Counted from the first letter of the stretch, positions 1-9,420 are shown. The stretch: 64,000 nt of DNA from Candidatus Magasanikiibacteriota bacterium (GCA_030650025.1 JAUSEN010000024.1:563-64562), one strand, 5' to 3'. Notes: generated from the sequence alone by a model not told the origin. Numbers and translations are program-made.

Positions 1-180
1 ACACTTATCTGACCCAAACAGTGAACAGCGTGGCCTCTAAAGTCTCTTATGTCTATGACAACACAATCGCGGGAGTGAGGACGTTTTTGGGGAGGTTGGG
101 GTGGTGAGGTGAGAGAGCGGGGATAGTATTGGAATTTTAACAAATAACGCCCAAATACAGCCAAATTTTGCAGAAAATAA

Positions 181-213
181 CAGAATCCAGTAGCCTAAAG
201 CTACTGGATTCTG
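181..213. terminator. Perfect 14-bp-stem hairpin (cagaatccagtagc-ctaaa-gctactggattctg)
   Basis: Inverted repeat read directly from the sequence, in an intergenic position. Confidence 0.3.
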
Positions 214-266
214 TTATCCGGCTATTTTGTGCTATAATAACCTTAATTAGCTTTGGTTAATTGTAA

Positions 267-379
267 ATATGATTTTCGCGTTTGGCAATTTTCTCGCTTT
301 CTTCGCGCGCGAGCGCTTAGGGTGACCCGCCCTGGGCGGGTCAAACCCGCTCGAAAACAACCAAACGCGAAAATCATAT
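267..379. mobile_element. MITE-like element with perfect 19-bp terminal inverted repeats (atatgattttcgcgtttgg / ccaaacgcgaaaatcatat) and an internal GC-rich hairpin (gacccgccc-tgg-gcgggtc)
   Basis: The inverted repeats at 267-285 and 361-379 are exact reverse complements. The element is 113 bp, non-coding and GC-rich inside, in an AT-rich intergenic region. Confidence 0.45.
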
Positions 380-399
380 AACTAATAATTTTTTACTAT

Positions 400-573
400 A
401 TGAGAATTAATGATACTGGCCTTAGGCACGCGGTTTCCATGATTGGCATTTTAATCGGCGCCCTGATATTTTTTGCCGGTTACGTGGCTGGCCAGCATGG
501 CTGGTGGTGGATAGCGTTTGGCCTTCTGGTAATTTACGGAATAGTTTACAAAGTTATAGACGCGGGCCACTAA
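400..573 (+). CDS. Small hydrophobic ORF of 58 aa, possibly a membrane peptide
   Basis: The ORF reads MRINDTGLRHAVSMIGILIGALIFFAGYVAGQHGWWWIAFGLLVIYGIVYKVIDAGH. No homology is recognised. Confidence 0.2.
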   Translation: MRINDTGLRHAVSMIGILIGALIFFAGYVAGQHGWWWIAFGLLVIYGIVYKVIDAGH

Positions 574-582
574 ACTAATTTT

Positions 583-2019
583 ATGCCAGGCTTTGAGCCG
601 CTTTTTAATATTACGCTCGACTTCTCTTTTTGGGAATGGTTTATTGGTTTGTCTATTCCCCAGATGGCGATAGTTTTATACGCTTTATTTGGCTGGCTGG
701 TTTTGTTTGGCTTTTTCTTTAAGGCCGGCTCTTTACTCTGGGTAAAATATCGGCAAGATGTTTTGTACATGCCCAAATGGCATTGGGTACTCCTCGCGGT
801 AGATATTCCGCCTTTGTTTATCCAGACGCCTAAGGCGGTCGAGCAAATTTTCGCGCATCTTTCGGGCGCGGCCATGCATATTAACGTGCGCGATAAATAT
901 TGGATTGGTAAAAGGCAAAAATGGTTTAGCTTTGAAATTGTCAGTATCGAGGGTTATATTCAATTTATTATTCGCACCGAAGAGGCGTACCGGGATTTGC
1001 TTGAGGCGGCTATTTACGCGCAGTACCCGGAAGCGGAAATTACGGAAGTGGAAGACTATGTTGATTATATTCCTAAGTATTACCCCAATAAAGATTTTGA
1101 TGTTATGGGCGTGGAGTTCCAGCTGTCGGAGAAATTGCCCTACCCGATTCGCACCTACCCATCGTTTGAATATTCTTTGAGTAAAGACGTGGTGTTTAGC
1201 GACCCGATGGCCGCGATTTTGGAAGTGTTTACCAGGATTGGCCACGGCGAGCATATGTGGATGCAATTATTGGTAGAGCCGACCAGCAATCATTGGAAAG
1301 AAGAAGGAATTGAGCTCGTCAAAAAATTAATGGGCCAAGAAACGCCCCACCAGGCTAGTTTGGGCAGTAAACTTGCTGGTATTCCCCAGGTGGCTCTCCA
1401 GGAGCTCTCTAATATTTGGCATTGGCAGTTTGAGCCGAGCGAAGCGCACGCGAGCGCCGGCAAAGAGATTAGCGTTAATCGCCTCTCGCCGGGAGCTAAA
1501 GATACAGTTTTGGCGCTGGAAGAAAAAATTGCCAAAATTGGGTTTAAGTCGAAACTGCGCATTTTATACGCCGGGCGCACGGATGTTTATAAAGGCGACC
1601 GGTATACGGACAGTTTTGTCGGCGCGATTAGCCAATTTCATATTCAAAATCGCAATGGTTTGGTGCCGTATATGGCCACCCATTCGCATTATGATACCAA
1701 GCACCATAAGCGCAGTTACCAGTGGAAGCGGACATTTGTCAGGGCTTTTAAAAGGCGCAAAGAACGCTGGAAGAAATGCCGCGGCTATATTTTAAATATC
1801 GAAGAGTTGGCGACCATTTGGCACTTCCCACTGCCGTTTGTGAAGGCGCCTCTGATGAGCAAAGCGAGCGCCAAACGCGCCGAGCCGCCAATTGGCCTGC
1901 CGGTCGAGAGTTCTATTACGCCGCTACAAAAAAGATTGCCCGAGGTTGAGAGGCTAGGGGCCAGCGTCCCTACAGTGCCAGAGCTTAACGAGCCTCCCGA
2001 GGACTTGCCTTACGCTTAA
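583..2019 (+). CDS. Membrane protein paralogous to the N-terminal (non-ATPase) domain of the T4SS coupling-protein-like ATPase at 6187-8742
   Basis: It has N-terminal transmembrane helices. Shared blocks with the 851-aa protein include FEIVSIEGYIQFIIRTEEAYRDLLEAAIYAQYPEAEITEVEDY versus FEIVAKENAISFYVAVPDKLKGFIEQQIHAQYPHAEITEELDY, and EELATIWHFPLP versus EEMASFWHLPIPG. There is no Walker A motif. Confidence 0.5.
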   Translation: MPGFEPLFNITLDFSFWEWFIGLSIPQMAIVLYALFGWLVLFGFFFKAGSLLWVKYRQDVLYMPKWHWVLLAVDIPPLFIQTPKAVEQIFAHLSGAAMHINVRDKYWIGKRQKWFSFEIVSIEGYIQFIIRTEEAYRDLLEAAIYAQYPEAEITEVEDYVDYIPKYYPNKDFDVMGVEFQLSEKLPYPIRTYPSFEYSLSKDVVFSDPMAAILEVFTRIGHGEHMWMQLLVEPTSNHWKEEGIELVKKLMGQETPHQASLGSKLAGIPQVALQELSNIWHWQFEPSEAHASAGKEISVNRLSPGAKDTVLALEEKIAKIGFKSKLRILYAGRTDVYKGDRYTDSFVGAISQFHIQNRNGLVPYMATHSHYDTKHHKRSYQWKRTFVRAFKRRKERWKKCRGYILNIEELATIWHFPLPFVKAPLMSKASAKRAEPPIGLPVESSITPLQKRLPEVERLGASVPTVPELNEPPEDLPYA

Positions 2020-3170
2020 ATTGTTTTTATAAACTGTTTTACAATCCGCTCGACATCCTCGGCGGATTTGGCGTTCTCCATAAGTTCAACGCGTAGTTCT
2101 TTGGCGCCAGGGAAGCCGTTAACGTAGGCTTTGTAGTGCTTTTTCATGATGTCGAAATTTTTATGTTCACTTAAAAGCCTTTCAAATAATTTGGTGTGTT
2201 CGACCATGACAAAGAGTTTTTGTTTTGTTCCAACTGTCATCCCGAGTGAGGCCTCGCGGCCGACGAGGGATCTCTGTCCATCGATGGGTGACACAGAGAT
2301 TCCTCCTGCGACGTCGGAATGACAGTCGCGAAACAGCCACGGGTTGCCAAAGATGCCGCGGCCAATCATGACGCCATCGGCAGAAGTCTCGGTAATTTTA
2401 TTTTTGGCGTCGTTAATATCCAGCACGTCGCCATTGCCGAGGATGAGTGTTTGGTCGCGTAGGGGCGGGGTGACCCCGCCCCTACTAAAATTACCAAAAA
2501 AATCATCGCGAATTTCCACTGCCCGTTTAACATGCTCCCACCGAGCGGGAACTTTGGACATTTCTTTGCGGGTGCGGGCGTGAATTATTATAGCCGCGAG
2601 ATCCATTTCTAATAAATAAGGCAACCAAGTGTCCATTTCCACTTTGTTAAAGCCAACGCGAGTTTTTACGGAAATCGGCAGCTGGCCAGCCCCGCGTTTG
2701 GTGGCGGCAATAATTTCTGCCGCGAGTTTGGGGTTTTGCATGAGTTTAGCGCCCGCGCCTTGTTTTTCCACGTTTCTGTCCGGGCAGCCCATGTTGATAT
2801 CAATGCCGTCGAAGCCAAGTTCCTGGATTAAGAGAGCGGTTTTGTAAAAATTGTCTGGTTTTGAGCCAAAAATTTGCGCCACGATGGGCCGTTCGGCTTC
2901 GCTGAATTTAAAATCAATCAAAAGTTTGGCGCGGCCGGGAGATTGCAAGCCATCGCAAGAAGTAAACTCGGTAAACATTACATCTGGCCCGCCTACGCTC
3001 GCCTCCGACGAGCTACGGCGGGTAAACTTTCCTTGTTCATCAAAAATGTTCGCCCCGTCAAATTTTGAGTATTTAGCTATAATGGCACGAAACGCGCAGT
3101 CGGTAACATTGGCCATGGGGGCGAGGGCAAAAATAGGCCGGGTCAAGTTTTTCCAAAATCCAGAGCGCAT
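2016..3170 (-). CDS. dus: tRNA-dihydrouridine synthase (Dus family); carries an in-frame palindromic insert
   Basis: LAPMANVTDCAFR and GFDGIDINMGCP motifs are present. The insert encodes RGGVTPPL. Confidence 0.85.
   Translation of the reverse strand: MRSGFWKNLTRPIFALAPMANVTDCAFRAIIAKYSKFDGANIFDEQGKFTRRSSSEASVGGPDVMFTEFTSCDGLQSPGRAKLLIDFKFSEAERPIVAQIFGSKPDNFYKTALLIQELGFDGIDINMGCPDRNVEKQGAGAKLMQNPKLAAEIIAATKRGAGQLPISVKTRVGFNKVEMDTWLPYLLEMDLAAIIIHARTRKEMSKVPARWEHVKRAVEIRDDFFGNFSRGGVTPPLRDQTLILGNGDVLDINDAKNKITETSADGVMIGRGIFGNPWLFRDCHSDVAGGISVSPIDGQRSLVGREASLGMTVGTKQKLFVMVEHTKLFERLLSEHKNFDIMKKHYKAYVNGFPGAKELRVELMENAKSAEDVERIVKQFIKTI
2459..2485. repeat. In-frame GC-rich palindrome gtaggggcggggtgaccccgcccctac (gtaggg...ccctac family) inside dus
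   Basis: A perfect 27-bp palindrome read from the sequence. It is in frame and translates to RGGVTPPL. Confidence 0.8.
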
Positions 3171-3199
3171 GATTTAGGTTGGAAGCAGTTAAAATTCTT

Positions 3200-3646
3200 T
3201 TAAAAAGCGCCCGGGAGAGTCCCTTCGGCCGAGGTGGTGGCGTAAACTAGCTGGGTAATGACAAAACTGGCGATAGCGTACGCCGAGAGAATTATAGCGA
3301 GGCCGATGGCGCCGGAATAAAGGAATTTTTTGGCTTCGCCCACTTTTTCTTCATTGCCGCCGGCGGTCATCCAAATAAAACCGCCGAGGAGCACGATGAC
3401 CACCGCCACAATGCCGAGTAACCCCATGGCGACGCGAATAATACGCGCCATCGTGAGGCGAATATCCCCGGCGCCAAGGCCACTGGTTTCGGAAATTTTG
3501 GGCGGTAACAGCTCGTTAGGAGTAATTAAATCCGCTCGCGCGGGTAAAGCAAAATACGCCTGCGAGAGCAAGGCTAGAGAAAAAATATTTATGAGAAACA
3601 AAGATAGTTTTTTCATGTGTTGCCAGACTTGGATTCGCCCTATCAT
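3200..3646 (-). CDS. TrbC/VirB2-like T4SS pilin-type protein (signal peptide followed by two hydrophobic helices)
   Basis: A signal peptide (MKKLSLFLINIFSLALLSQA) is followed by IRVAMGLLGIVAVVIVLLGGFIW, a short polar loop and AIGLAIILSAYAIASFVI. This topology is typical of VirB2/TrbC pilins. Confidence 0.4.
   Translation of the reverse strand: MIGRIQVWQHMKKLSLFLINIFSLALLSQAYFALPARADLITPNELLPPKISETSGLGAGDIRLTMARIIRVAMGLLGIVAVVIVLLGGFIWMTAGGNEEKVGEAKKFLYSGAIGLAIILSAYAIASFVITQLVYATTSAEGTLPGAF
3618..3640. repeat. Direct repeat of the tRNA-Gln 3' end (gttgccagacttggattcg), about 70 bp downstream of the tRNA
   Basis: The 3618-3640 segment matches 3707-3729. Two small hairpins sharing 'tcattcgata' lie between the copies. 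Confidence 0.5.
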
Positions 3647-3705
3647 TCGATAGGGCGCCGTGTCGTCATATCATTCGATATGACCAACATGACACGGCGA
3701 ACATC

Positions 3706-3779
3706 TGGTTGCCAGACTTGGATTCGAACCAAGATAATAAGATTCAGAGTCTTATGTCCTACCATTAGACGATCTGGCA
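3706..3779 (-). tRNA. tRNA-Gln (anticodon CUG)
   Basis: Manual fold: 7-bp acceptor TGCCAGA/TCTGGCA, anticodon loop CTCTGAA, T-loop GGTTCGAATCC, discriminator A and an encoded CCA. Confidence 0.8.
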
Positions 3780-3785
3780 GTGAAC

Positions 3786-4628
3786 TTAGTTATCAAACGC
3801 GGGGCCGGTTTCGTACCTAGCTAATTCTTCGCGGGAGATCGTGATAATATTTTTTAGGCTCCAGCCGTGGTTTTGCAAAGCTTTGGGGCTCGCGACAAGA
3901 TACTTAACACCCTCGCGCACGAGGTAAACGCGTTTAGCGTTTTCCGCCCGGACAAACATTTTTGGCTCGGTAAAGAGCACGGTCGGTTCGCCATCGGCCT
4001 CGTGAGTAGCGTGGTTGAAGTCCCGTAAAGAGGCCATAATAGTATCATAATTATACGGAAAGTCAATGCCATCTGACAGCTCCGGGTCGTTGACATAAAA
4101 GCTTTTTTTTACGTTATCAAAGCCGGTTAAGACCATCATGTGATAGCTCGAACCGCCGCGGCGAAAACGATGGCGGGGGTTGTTCAGATCATAGCCATAA
4201 TGCAAGCTGATCACCGGCCGGCCAGCCTCAAGCTCGCTCTGAATTTCTTCGAGGGTGGGATGACGTTTAATAACCGCGTCAAAATTGCTGTAATCATTAA
4301 TGAGTTTTTGCGTGCGGGTAGCGTTGGTGTCCGCGTTACTGCCAAACAGCCTGTCTTCGATCGGAAATAAACGGTTCATTAATTTTTTAGAGATCGCTTT
4401 GTTTAAGATGGCCCTGGGGTTCCCTTGATAAAATTTATCAACCATTATAATTGACGCTTCTTCGCAAGCGCCATTCCAAGGTTTGACCCAAACGCCATCG
4501 GGGATTTCCCAAATGTGAGGCACCGGGAGCTGGGTCGTTTCGCTCGCGGCCATGGCCACAGGAGTATTCCAAAAAAATACCCCTAAAAATATCATGATAA
4601 TGACAGGGCGAAGTAAGATCATAATCAA
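3786..4628 (-). CDS. Secreted C39-like (Peptidase_C39_2 type) cysteine peptidase domain protein
   Basis: There is an N-terminal transmembrane/signal segment. It has a WNGACEEAS cysteine motif with downstream His (HYGYD, YHMMVLTGFD). Confidence 0.35.
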   Translation of the reverse strand: MIMILLRPVIIMIFLGVFFWNTPVAMAASETTQLPVPHIWEIPDGVWVKPWNGACEEASIIMVDKFYQGNPRAILNKAISKKLMNRLFPIEDRLFGSNADTNATRTQKLINDYSNFDAVIKRHPTLEEIQSELEAGRPVISLHYGYDLNNPRHRFRRGGSSYHMMVLTGFDNVKKSFYVNDPELSDGIDFPYNYDTIMASLRDFNHATHEADGEPTVLFTEPKMFVRAENAKRVYLVREGVKYLVASPKALQNHGWSLKNIITISREELARYETGPAFDN

Positions 4629-6181
4629 CTAACCACTTCGCCCCCAAATTCGAGCGCGAGCGATTGGAGTTCGGAGTCAGCGGTTGGCGCCGCGGGCGGG
4701 GGCGCGGTTAGAGAGCAAACCAGGGGAATTTTTTCGCCAAATTCCGCTTCGAGAGTTTGTTCGATGAGAATGCGGTTTTTGCGGTCTTCCAGCTTTTCTT
4801 TATGCAAAGAATAGGGGAGTGCGAGGTGAAGGCCGTCCGCGTCCACTTTGTTTAAGCTCGCCATGCTTAAAATAAAAGTGAGGGAATGGTTCGCTTTAGT
4901 GATGAGAGTTATTAAATTACTCCATTTGGTTTGAATTTCTTCCAGAGTAGTTTTTGGAGGTTCGCGGTGCCCGGTGATCGTTTGTAAAGCGGATTTCAAA
5001 GATTCAGTCAGAGAGTGTTTTGATTCGGGCGCGGCTGGTTTAGAGGCGGGAGTGGAGGCAGAGCTCGGGGGAGGCGTGGTAGGCAAAGAGGCGGAAGACG
5101 CGAACTCCACAATTAAAAGTTCCAGCGGTAGTTCTGGTAAAGGCGCGGATTTAATCTGGCCGCGGCGCTTAATAGTGAGATCAATAAGATTCTGAATATC
5201 GTTAAGCGCGCTGGCCGTGGCCAGCTTTCCGAGACGTTTAATGTGTTCGGGGCTAAAATCTGGAGATAAATCACTGCCAGTGAGGCCGATTTTAGCAAAC
5301 AGCACTGTCCGGAGCGCTTCTAAGAGATCCAGGGTAAACTGGTCAAGGCTTAAGCCTTCGCTGATCAGCCTCGCGAGAAGCTGGAAAGCGGCAGACATTT
5401 GGCGGGTGAGGAGGAATTCGGTAAATTCCAAAACCCCATCGCTCGCTCCGGCCGGCAAAATTAGTTCGGCGTCGGCCGCGGTTATTTTCTTTTGATCCAA
5501 AGTAAAAATTTGCCCGAGCAAACTCTCGGCATCGCGGAGGCAGCCGTCGCTTTTTTTAATGATACGCTCCAGCACTTCTTTGTCTACTTTTATTTTTTCT
5601 TCAGCGCAGATTTTTTTGAGGCGCTCCAGCATTAAATCGTGCGGTATTTTTTTAAATTGAAAGCGCTGGCAACGCGAAATAACCGTGGCGGGCAATTTGT
5701 GCAGTTCGGTGGTGGCTAAGATAAAAATAACATGGGCAGGCGGCTCCTCCAGGGTTTTAAGGAGCGCGTTGAAAGCGCTGCCCGAGAGCATGTGCACTTC
5801 ATCAATGATAAATACTTTGTATTTGGCCGTCGCGGGCTGGAAGTGAGCACTCTCGATAATATTTTCGCGGACATTTTCCACCCCGGTATGCGAGGCGGCG
5901 TCAATTTCCAAAACGTCGATAAAGCGCCCGGCGGCAATGGCCGTGCAAGCGCTACATTCTCCGCAGGGTTCACTGGTCGCTGCGGCTCGCTTCTCGCAGT
6001 TAATCGCTTTGGCTAAGAGGCGAGCGAGCGTAGTTTTGCCAACACCCCGAGGACCAGAAAACAAATAAGCCTGCGCGAGCTTATTTTGGGAGATCTCGTT
6101 TTTAATAGTTTGAGCAATATGTTCTTGGCCGATTAAATCAGCAAACACTTGCGGGCGGTATTGGCGATAAAGAGTGGGCAT
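4625..6181 (-). CDS. dnaX: DNA polymerase III subunit gamma/tau
   Basis: YRPQVFADLIGQEH, GPRGVGKTT and the zinc-module cysteines (CGECSAC) are present. Confidence 0.9.
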   Translation of the reverse strand: MPTLYRQYRPQVFADLIGQEHIAQTIKNEISQNKLAQAYLFSGPRGVGKTTLARLLAKAINCEKRAAATSEPCGECSACTAIAAGRFIDVLEIDAASHTGVENVRENIIESAHFQPATAKYKVFIIDEVHMLSGSAFNALLKTLEEPPAHVIFILATTELHKLPATVISRCQRFQFKKIPHDLMLERLKKICAEEKIKVDKEVLERIIKKSDGCLRDAESLLGQIFTLDQKKITAADAELILPAGASDGVLEFTEFLLTRQMSAAFQLLARLISEGLSLDQFTLDLLEALRTVLFAKIGLTGSDLSPDFSPEHIKRLGKLATASALNDIQNLIDLTIKRRGQIKSAPLPELPLELLIVEFASSASLPTTPPPSSASTPASKPAAPESKHSLTESLKSALQTITGHREPPKTTLEEIQTKWSNLITLITKANHSLTFILSMASLNKVDADGLHLALPYSLHKEKLEDRKNRILIEQTLEAEFGEKIPLVCSLTAPPPAAPTADSELQSLALEFGGEVVS

Positions 6182-6186
6182 AAAAT

Positions 6187-8742
6187 TTACAAACTCGCTT
6201 CGCTCAAGTCTACTTCTGATGCTTTAGTAGCCACTCCTAACTGCGCGCGCTCCATGATTTCGGCTTCTACGATTTCGCGCGGGCGGCCGTATTTGAGGCG
6301 CGAGAGTTCTTTAATGGCCGCGGCCAGCTCTTTGTTGCCGGCTTGCGGCGGGTAAGTCATCATATTAAACGGCTTGGCGGCCGTATTGTCAATAAGGAGC
6401 TTAACATAGGCGGTGTATTGCTCCACGTTGAGGAGGTCATACGCGCCAAACACCGGGGCATACTCTTTCTGGAGTACCTCGGCGTCCTCGGGGCCGATGC
6501 GGAAGGTAACAAGAGAGCCGGCGTTGCCCAAGACCGCGTCGCGCACCTGGGTTTTGCCTTTGTTGTCTTCCAGTTGTTTCATGTACTGGTGGGCGATGAT
6601 AAGTTCTAGGCGATATTTACGGGCTTCTGAAAGAATGGTCGCGATTGAGTCGGTAATAAAGTTTTGGAACTCGTCTATATACAAATAAAAATCACTACGT
6701 TCTTCTTCGGGGAGCGAAGCCCGTTCGAGAGCGGTCATTTGGAGTTTGCTCACAATAATCATGCCAAGCAAGTTGGCATTAATTTCGCCGACCAAGCCTT
6801 TGGCTAAATTAACGAGCAAGATTTTTTTCTTGTCCATGATTTCTCTAAAATTAAAACCCGAGTGGGTTTGGCCGATAATATTGCGCATCATGGCGTTTTC
6901 CACAAAGCGGCCGACTTTCGAAATCAAATAACCGAGCATTTCGGATTTATGGAAGTCGCTGGTTTTGGCCATTTCTTTGTCCCAAAATGCCAGCACCACC
7001 GGGTCTTGCAATTTCTTTTTCCATTTAGCGACAAACGAATCGTCGGTAAACATGCGCGGAATTTCGGCGATCGTCCCCGGGTTTTCCATGTCGGCCATCA
7101 GAGTAAGCATGACGTTCCTCATGTTATGTTCAAACATCGGCCCGATCATGGAAGGGTCGGTGACGAGTTTATAAAATATGGAGACCATTTCTTGAGTGAC
7201 AAAATCTTTTTGTTCCTCGGTTCTGGCTTCAAGCATATTGAGACCGATAGGGCGGTCCACATCGGACGGGTTGAAATAAATAACGTCGTCCACCCGTTCT
7301 TTGGGGATATGCTGTAAAACATATTCTACAAAATCGCCGTGCGGATCAACCACGCAGACTCCTTCGCCATTTTGGACATCTTGCACCGCCAAATTTTGAA
7401 TGAAGACAGATTTACCGGATCCGGATTTACCAATGGTATAGAGGTGGCGACGGCGGTCGGAGCGCGTCATACGGACGATGGTTTCTATGCCGCGGTAAAC
7501 AGTGCGCCCGAGAATAATACCTTCTTTTGGCATGTTAGTGGGCGGCGGTGCTTTGCGGGCAGTTAGCCAATTAATATGCGGAGTGTCAGTGCCCGGGATA
7601 GGCAAGTGCCAAAAACTGGCCATTTCTTCGGTATTAACGACTTGGTATTGGCTAGTGTCAAATAGGCGGTAGATAGAATCGGAGATGAGGCGGGCGGGGC
7701 GAGAAGGGACCGCGGCGCCAAAACTGTTGCCATAGCGATAGATATTGTATTGTGAAAAAGCGTTGAGAATATTTTCTAGGTTGAGCTGGGCTTTCTCTTT
7801 GCTCGGCGCCGAGCTAACCACGCGGAAGCAGATTTCGAGGCCGCCGTGGCTTAGTTTTTCTTCCATGGATTTGACCATTTCTTCTTCCATTTGGGTAAGA
7901 TGGTATTGCCCCGAGGCCGAATCCATTTGTGAAGGGTCTTTTTTGCTTTTTGACAACACTTTCCAAGTTTTATAAATTTCGCGCATGATCGCGCCGCGGC
8001 GCGCGACGTATTCAAATTTTTGGCCTTCTTTAATGTCTCTAATCATATGGACGCTTTGGCCGCGCCAATCGGAGGTGGCCGGGCGAACGACATATTGGAT
8101 TACCGCGCCCTCGTTATCCAAAATTTTACTTAAGGGGTTAAGCAAAGCCAAAATCGGGTCGCTATCAATTTTTTTATAGGTTTTGAACGGAAAAGCGGAT
8201 TTATATTTAAAAAAAAGTTTAGCCCCTACCACGTGCGATTGGGGTTCAAAAATATTATAATCAAGTTCTTCGGTAATTTCCGCGTGGGGGTATTGGGCGT
8301 GGATTTGCTGTTCGATAAAGCCTTTCAGCTTATCGGGAACAGCGACATAAAAAGAGATCGCGTTCTCTTTGGCCACGATTTCAAAGGCAAGATGGTCGCC
8401 CCGCCCGCGGAGCCACTTCATAAAGCCCTTTTCCCGTTTGAGGCCGGCGACAGCGCTAAAGAGAGTGTCGGCCACGGCCACGCGCTCGCGCACCTGATTT
8501 ATGTTGTCTTCGGTATTCTGCTGGGTGTTTTCGTTTTTCTTTTCTTTGGGCACTTTAATTAAGAGGACACCGCGATGAAAAGTTTTATTTTCCCGATTTT
8601 GGGAATGAAAAATTGAGCGTAGTAAATACAAGAGTCCGACTACGGCGAGAATAATTACGACCGCGAGAGTAATATAAAAATTAGTCGGGTTCTTGGTGAC
8701 CAAGGCGGCGAAGCTCGTGATGACAAAGGCGGTGTCGCTCAT
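6187..8742 (-). CDS. T4SS coupling-protein-like P-loop ATPase (VirD4/TraG/TrwB family) with an N-terminal transmembrane and extra domain
   Basis: The Walker A motif is IGKSGSGKS and is followed by VVDPHGD. A Walker B-like motif (LYIDEFQNF) and a C-terminal AHQYMKQL (Q..QL-like) motif are present. Confidence 0.6.
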   Translation of the reverse strand: MSDTAFVITSFAALVTKNPTNFYITLAVVIILAVVGLLYLLRSIFHSQNRENKTFHRGVLLIKVPKEKKNENTQQNTEDNINQVRERVAVADTLFSAVAGLKREKGFMKWLRGRGDHLAFEIVAKENAISFYVAVPDKLKGFIEQQIHAQYPHAEITEELDYNIFEPQSHVVGAKLFFKYKSAFPFKTYKKIDSDPILALLNPLSKILDNEGAVIQYVVRPATSDWRGQSVHMIRDIKEGQKFEYVARRGAIMREIYKTWKVLSKSKKDPSQMDSASGQYHLTQMEEEMVKSMEEKLSHGGLEICFRVVSSAPSKEKAQLNLENILNAFSQYNIYRYGNSFGAAVPSRPARLISDSIYRLFDTSQYQVVNTEEMASFWHLPIPGTDTPHINWLTARKAPPPTNMPKEGIILGRTVYRGIETIVRMTRSDRRRHLYTIGKSGSGKSVFIQNLAVQDVQNGEGVCVVDPHGDFVEYVLQHIPKERVDDVIYFNPSDVDRPIGLNMLEARTEEQKDFVTQEMVSIFYKLVTDPSMIGPMFEHNMRNVMLTLMADMENPGTIAEIPRMFTDDSFVAKWKKKLQDPVVLAFWDKEMAKTSDFHKSEMLGYLISKVGRFVENAMMRNIIGQTHSGFNFREIMDKKKILLVNLAKGLVGEINANLLGMIIVSKLQMTALERASLPEEERSDFYLYIDEFQNFITDSIATILSEARKYRLELIIAHQYMKQLEDNKGKTQVRDAVLGNAGSLVTFRIGPEDAEVLQKEYAPVFGAYDLLNVEQYTAYVKLLIDNTAAKPFNMMTYPPQAGNKELAAAIKELSRLKYGRPREIVEAEIMERAQLGVATKASEVDLSEASL

Positions 8743-8751
8743 GAAATGTGG

Positions 8752-9315
8752 TTAGCGAGTGGTATCCTGGTTTTGTTTGGAAAGCGACAGAACGCGGTCG
8801 GTTTTAATTTTGGCTTCTTGTTCCAAAAAAAAGCGGTTAATGCCGGGGAGCATTTTTAGCCATTCTAAAATTAAGCGGAAGATTTTTTTGACTTGAGTAT
8901 GGCCGGTAGAGAGCAGTTCGCGAATTTTAAAAGCCACTTCCTCGCCTTTTAGTTTGAACTCTTGTTTGGCAACTGGAGAGAGGCGGCTGTAAGCTTCACC
9001 AACGCCGTCCTCGAGAATTTTTTCGATTTTGACGGTAGTCTCGTCTCTTGGTTGCGGAATGGCCGGGCGCGGGCGCCTTCTTTTGAGGACGCCAAAAAAA
9101 TCTGCCGTAGTGGTTTGGCCTGTCATTTCTTTCTCTGGAGCGCGAGATTCCTGTTTGGGCGAGGCAGTTTCTGTTAACTCGACCGCTTTCTGCAAGTCCT
9201 TTGGTTCGGGTTTAAAACTATCAACCGCGGCTCTATTTTTTGGAAAGTTTGCGTCAATTTCTTTGTCGGTCATAGTAGCCATATTATAGCATAAAGCCAC
9301 CGCGCTTGCCAACAA
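8752..9315 (-). CDS. Hypothetical protein immediately upstream of, and apparently co-oriented with, the T4CP-like ATPase
   Basis: It is an ORF only, with charged and low-complexity composition. Confidence 0.35.
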   Translation of the reverse strand: MLASAVALCYNMATMTDKEIDANFPKNRAAVDSFKPEPKDLQKAVELTETASPKQESRAPEKEMTGQTTTADFFGVLKRRRPRPAIPQPRDETTVKIEKILEDGVGEAYSRLSPVAKQEFKLKGEEVAFKIRELLSTGHTQVKKIFRLILEWLKMLPGINRFFLEQEAKIKTDRVLSLSKQNQDTTR

Positions 9316-9372
9316 AAAAGCGGCCTATTTTGGCTCTCTTAATTTTATGGTATAATGTATATGTAAGTAATT

Positions 9373-9420
9373 GCGCCGCGCTTCAACGGACATTGCGCGG
9401 CATGATTTTGTCAAATCATG
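9373..9420 (+). promoter_or_regulatory. Conserved leader element: stem-loop gccgcgc-N13-gcgcggc followed by catgaNtttgtcaaNtcat (copy 1)
   Basis: The motif recurs at 13643-13700 and 22669-22712. In this copy it directly abuts the start of the 9418 ORF. Confidence 0.4.

Noticed and set aside
733-1795. Internal ORFs overlapping the 583-2019 gene (733-1266 minus, 905-1180 plus, 1290-1580 minus, 1373-1795 plus).
   Set aside because: They are nested in or antisense to a longer ORF that has paralog support. Their composition is unremarkable and they show no motifs.
6343-8562. Multiple plus-strand ORFs inside the T4CP-like gene.
   Set aside because: They are antisense to a well-supported 851-aa ATPase ORF.
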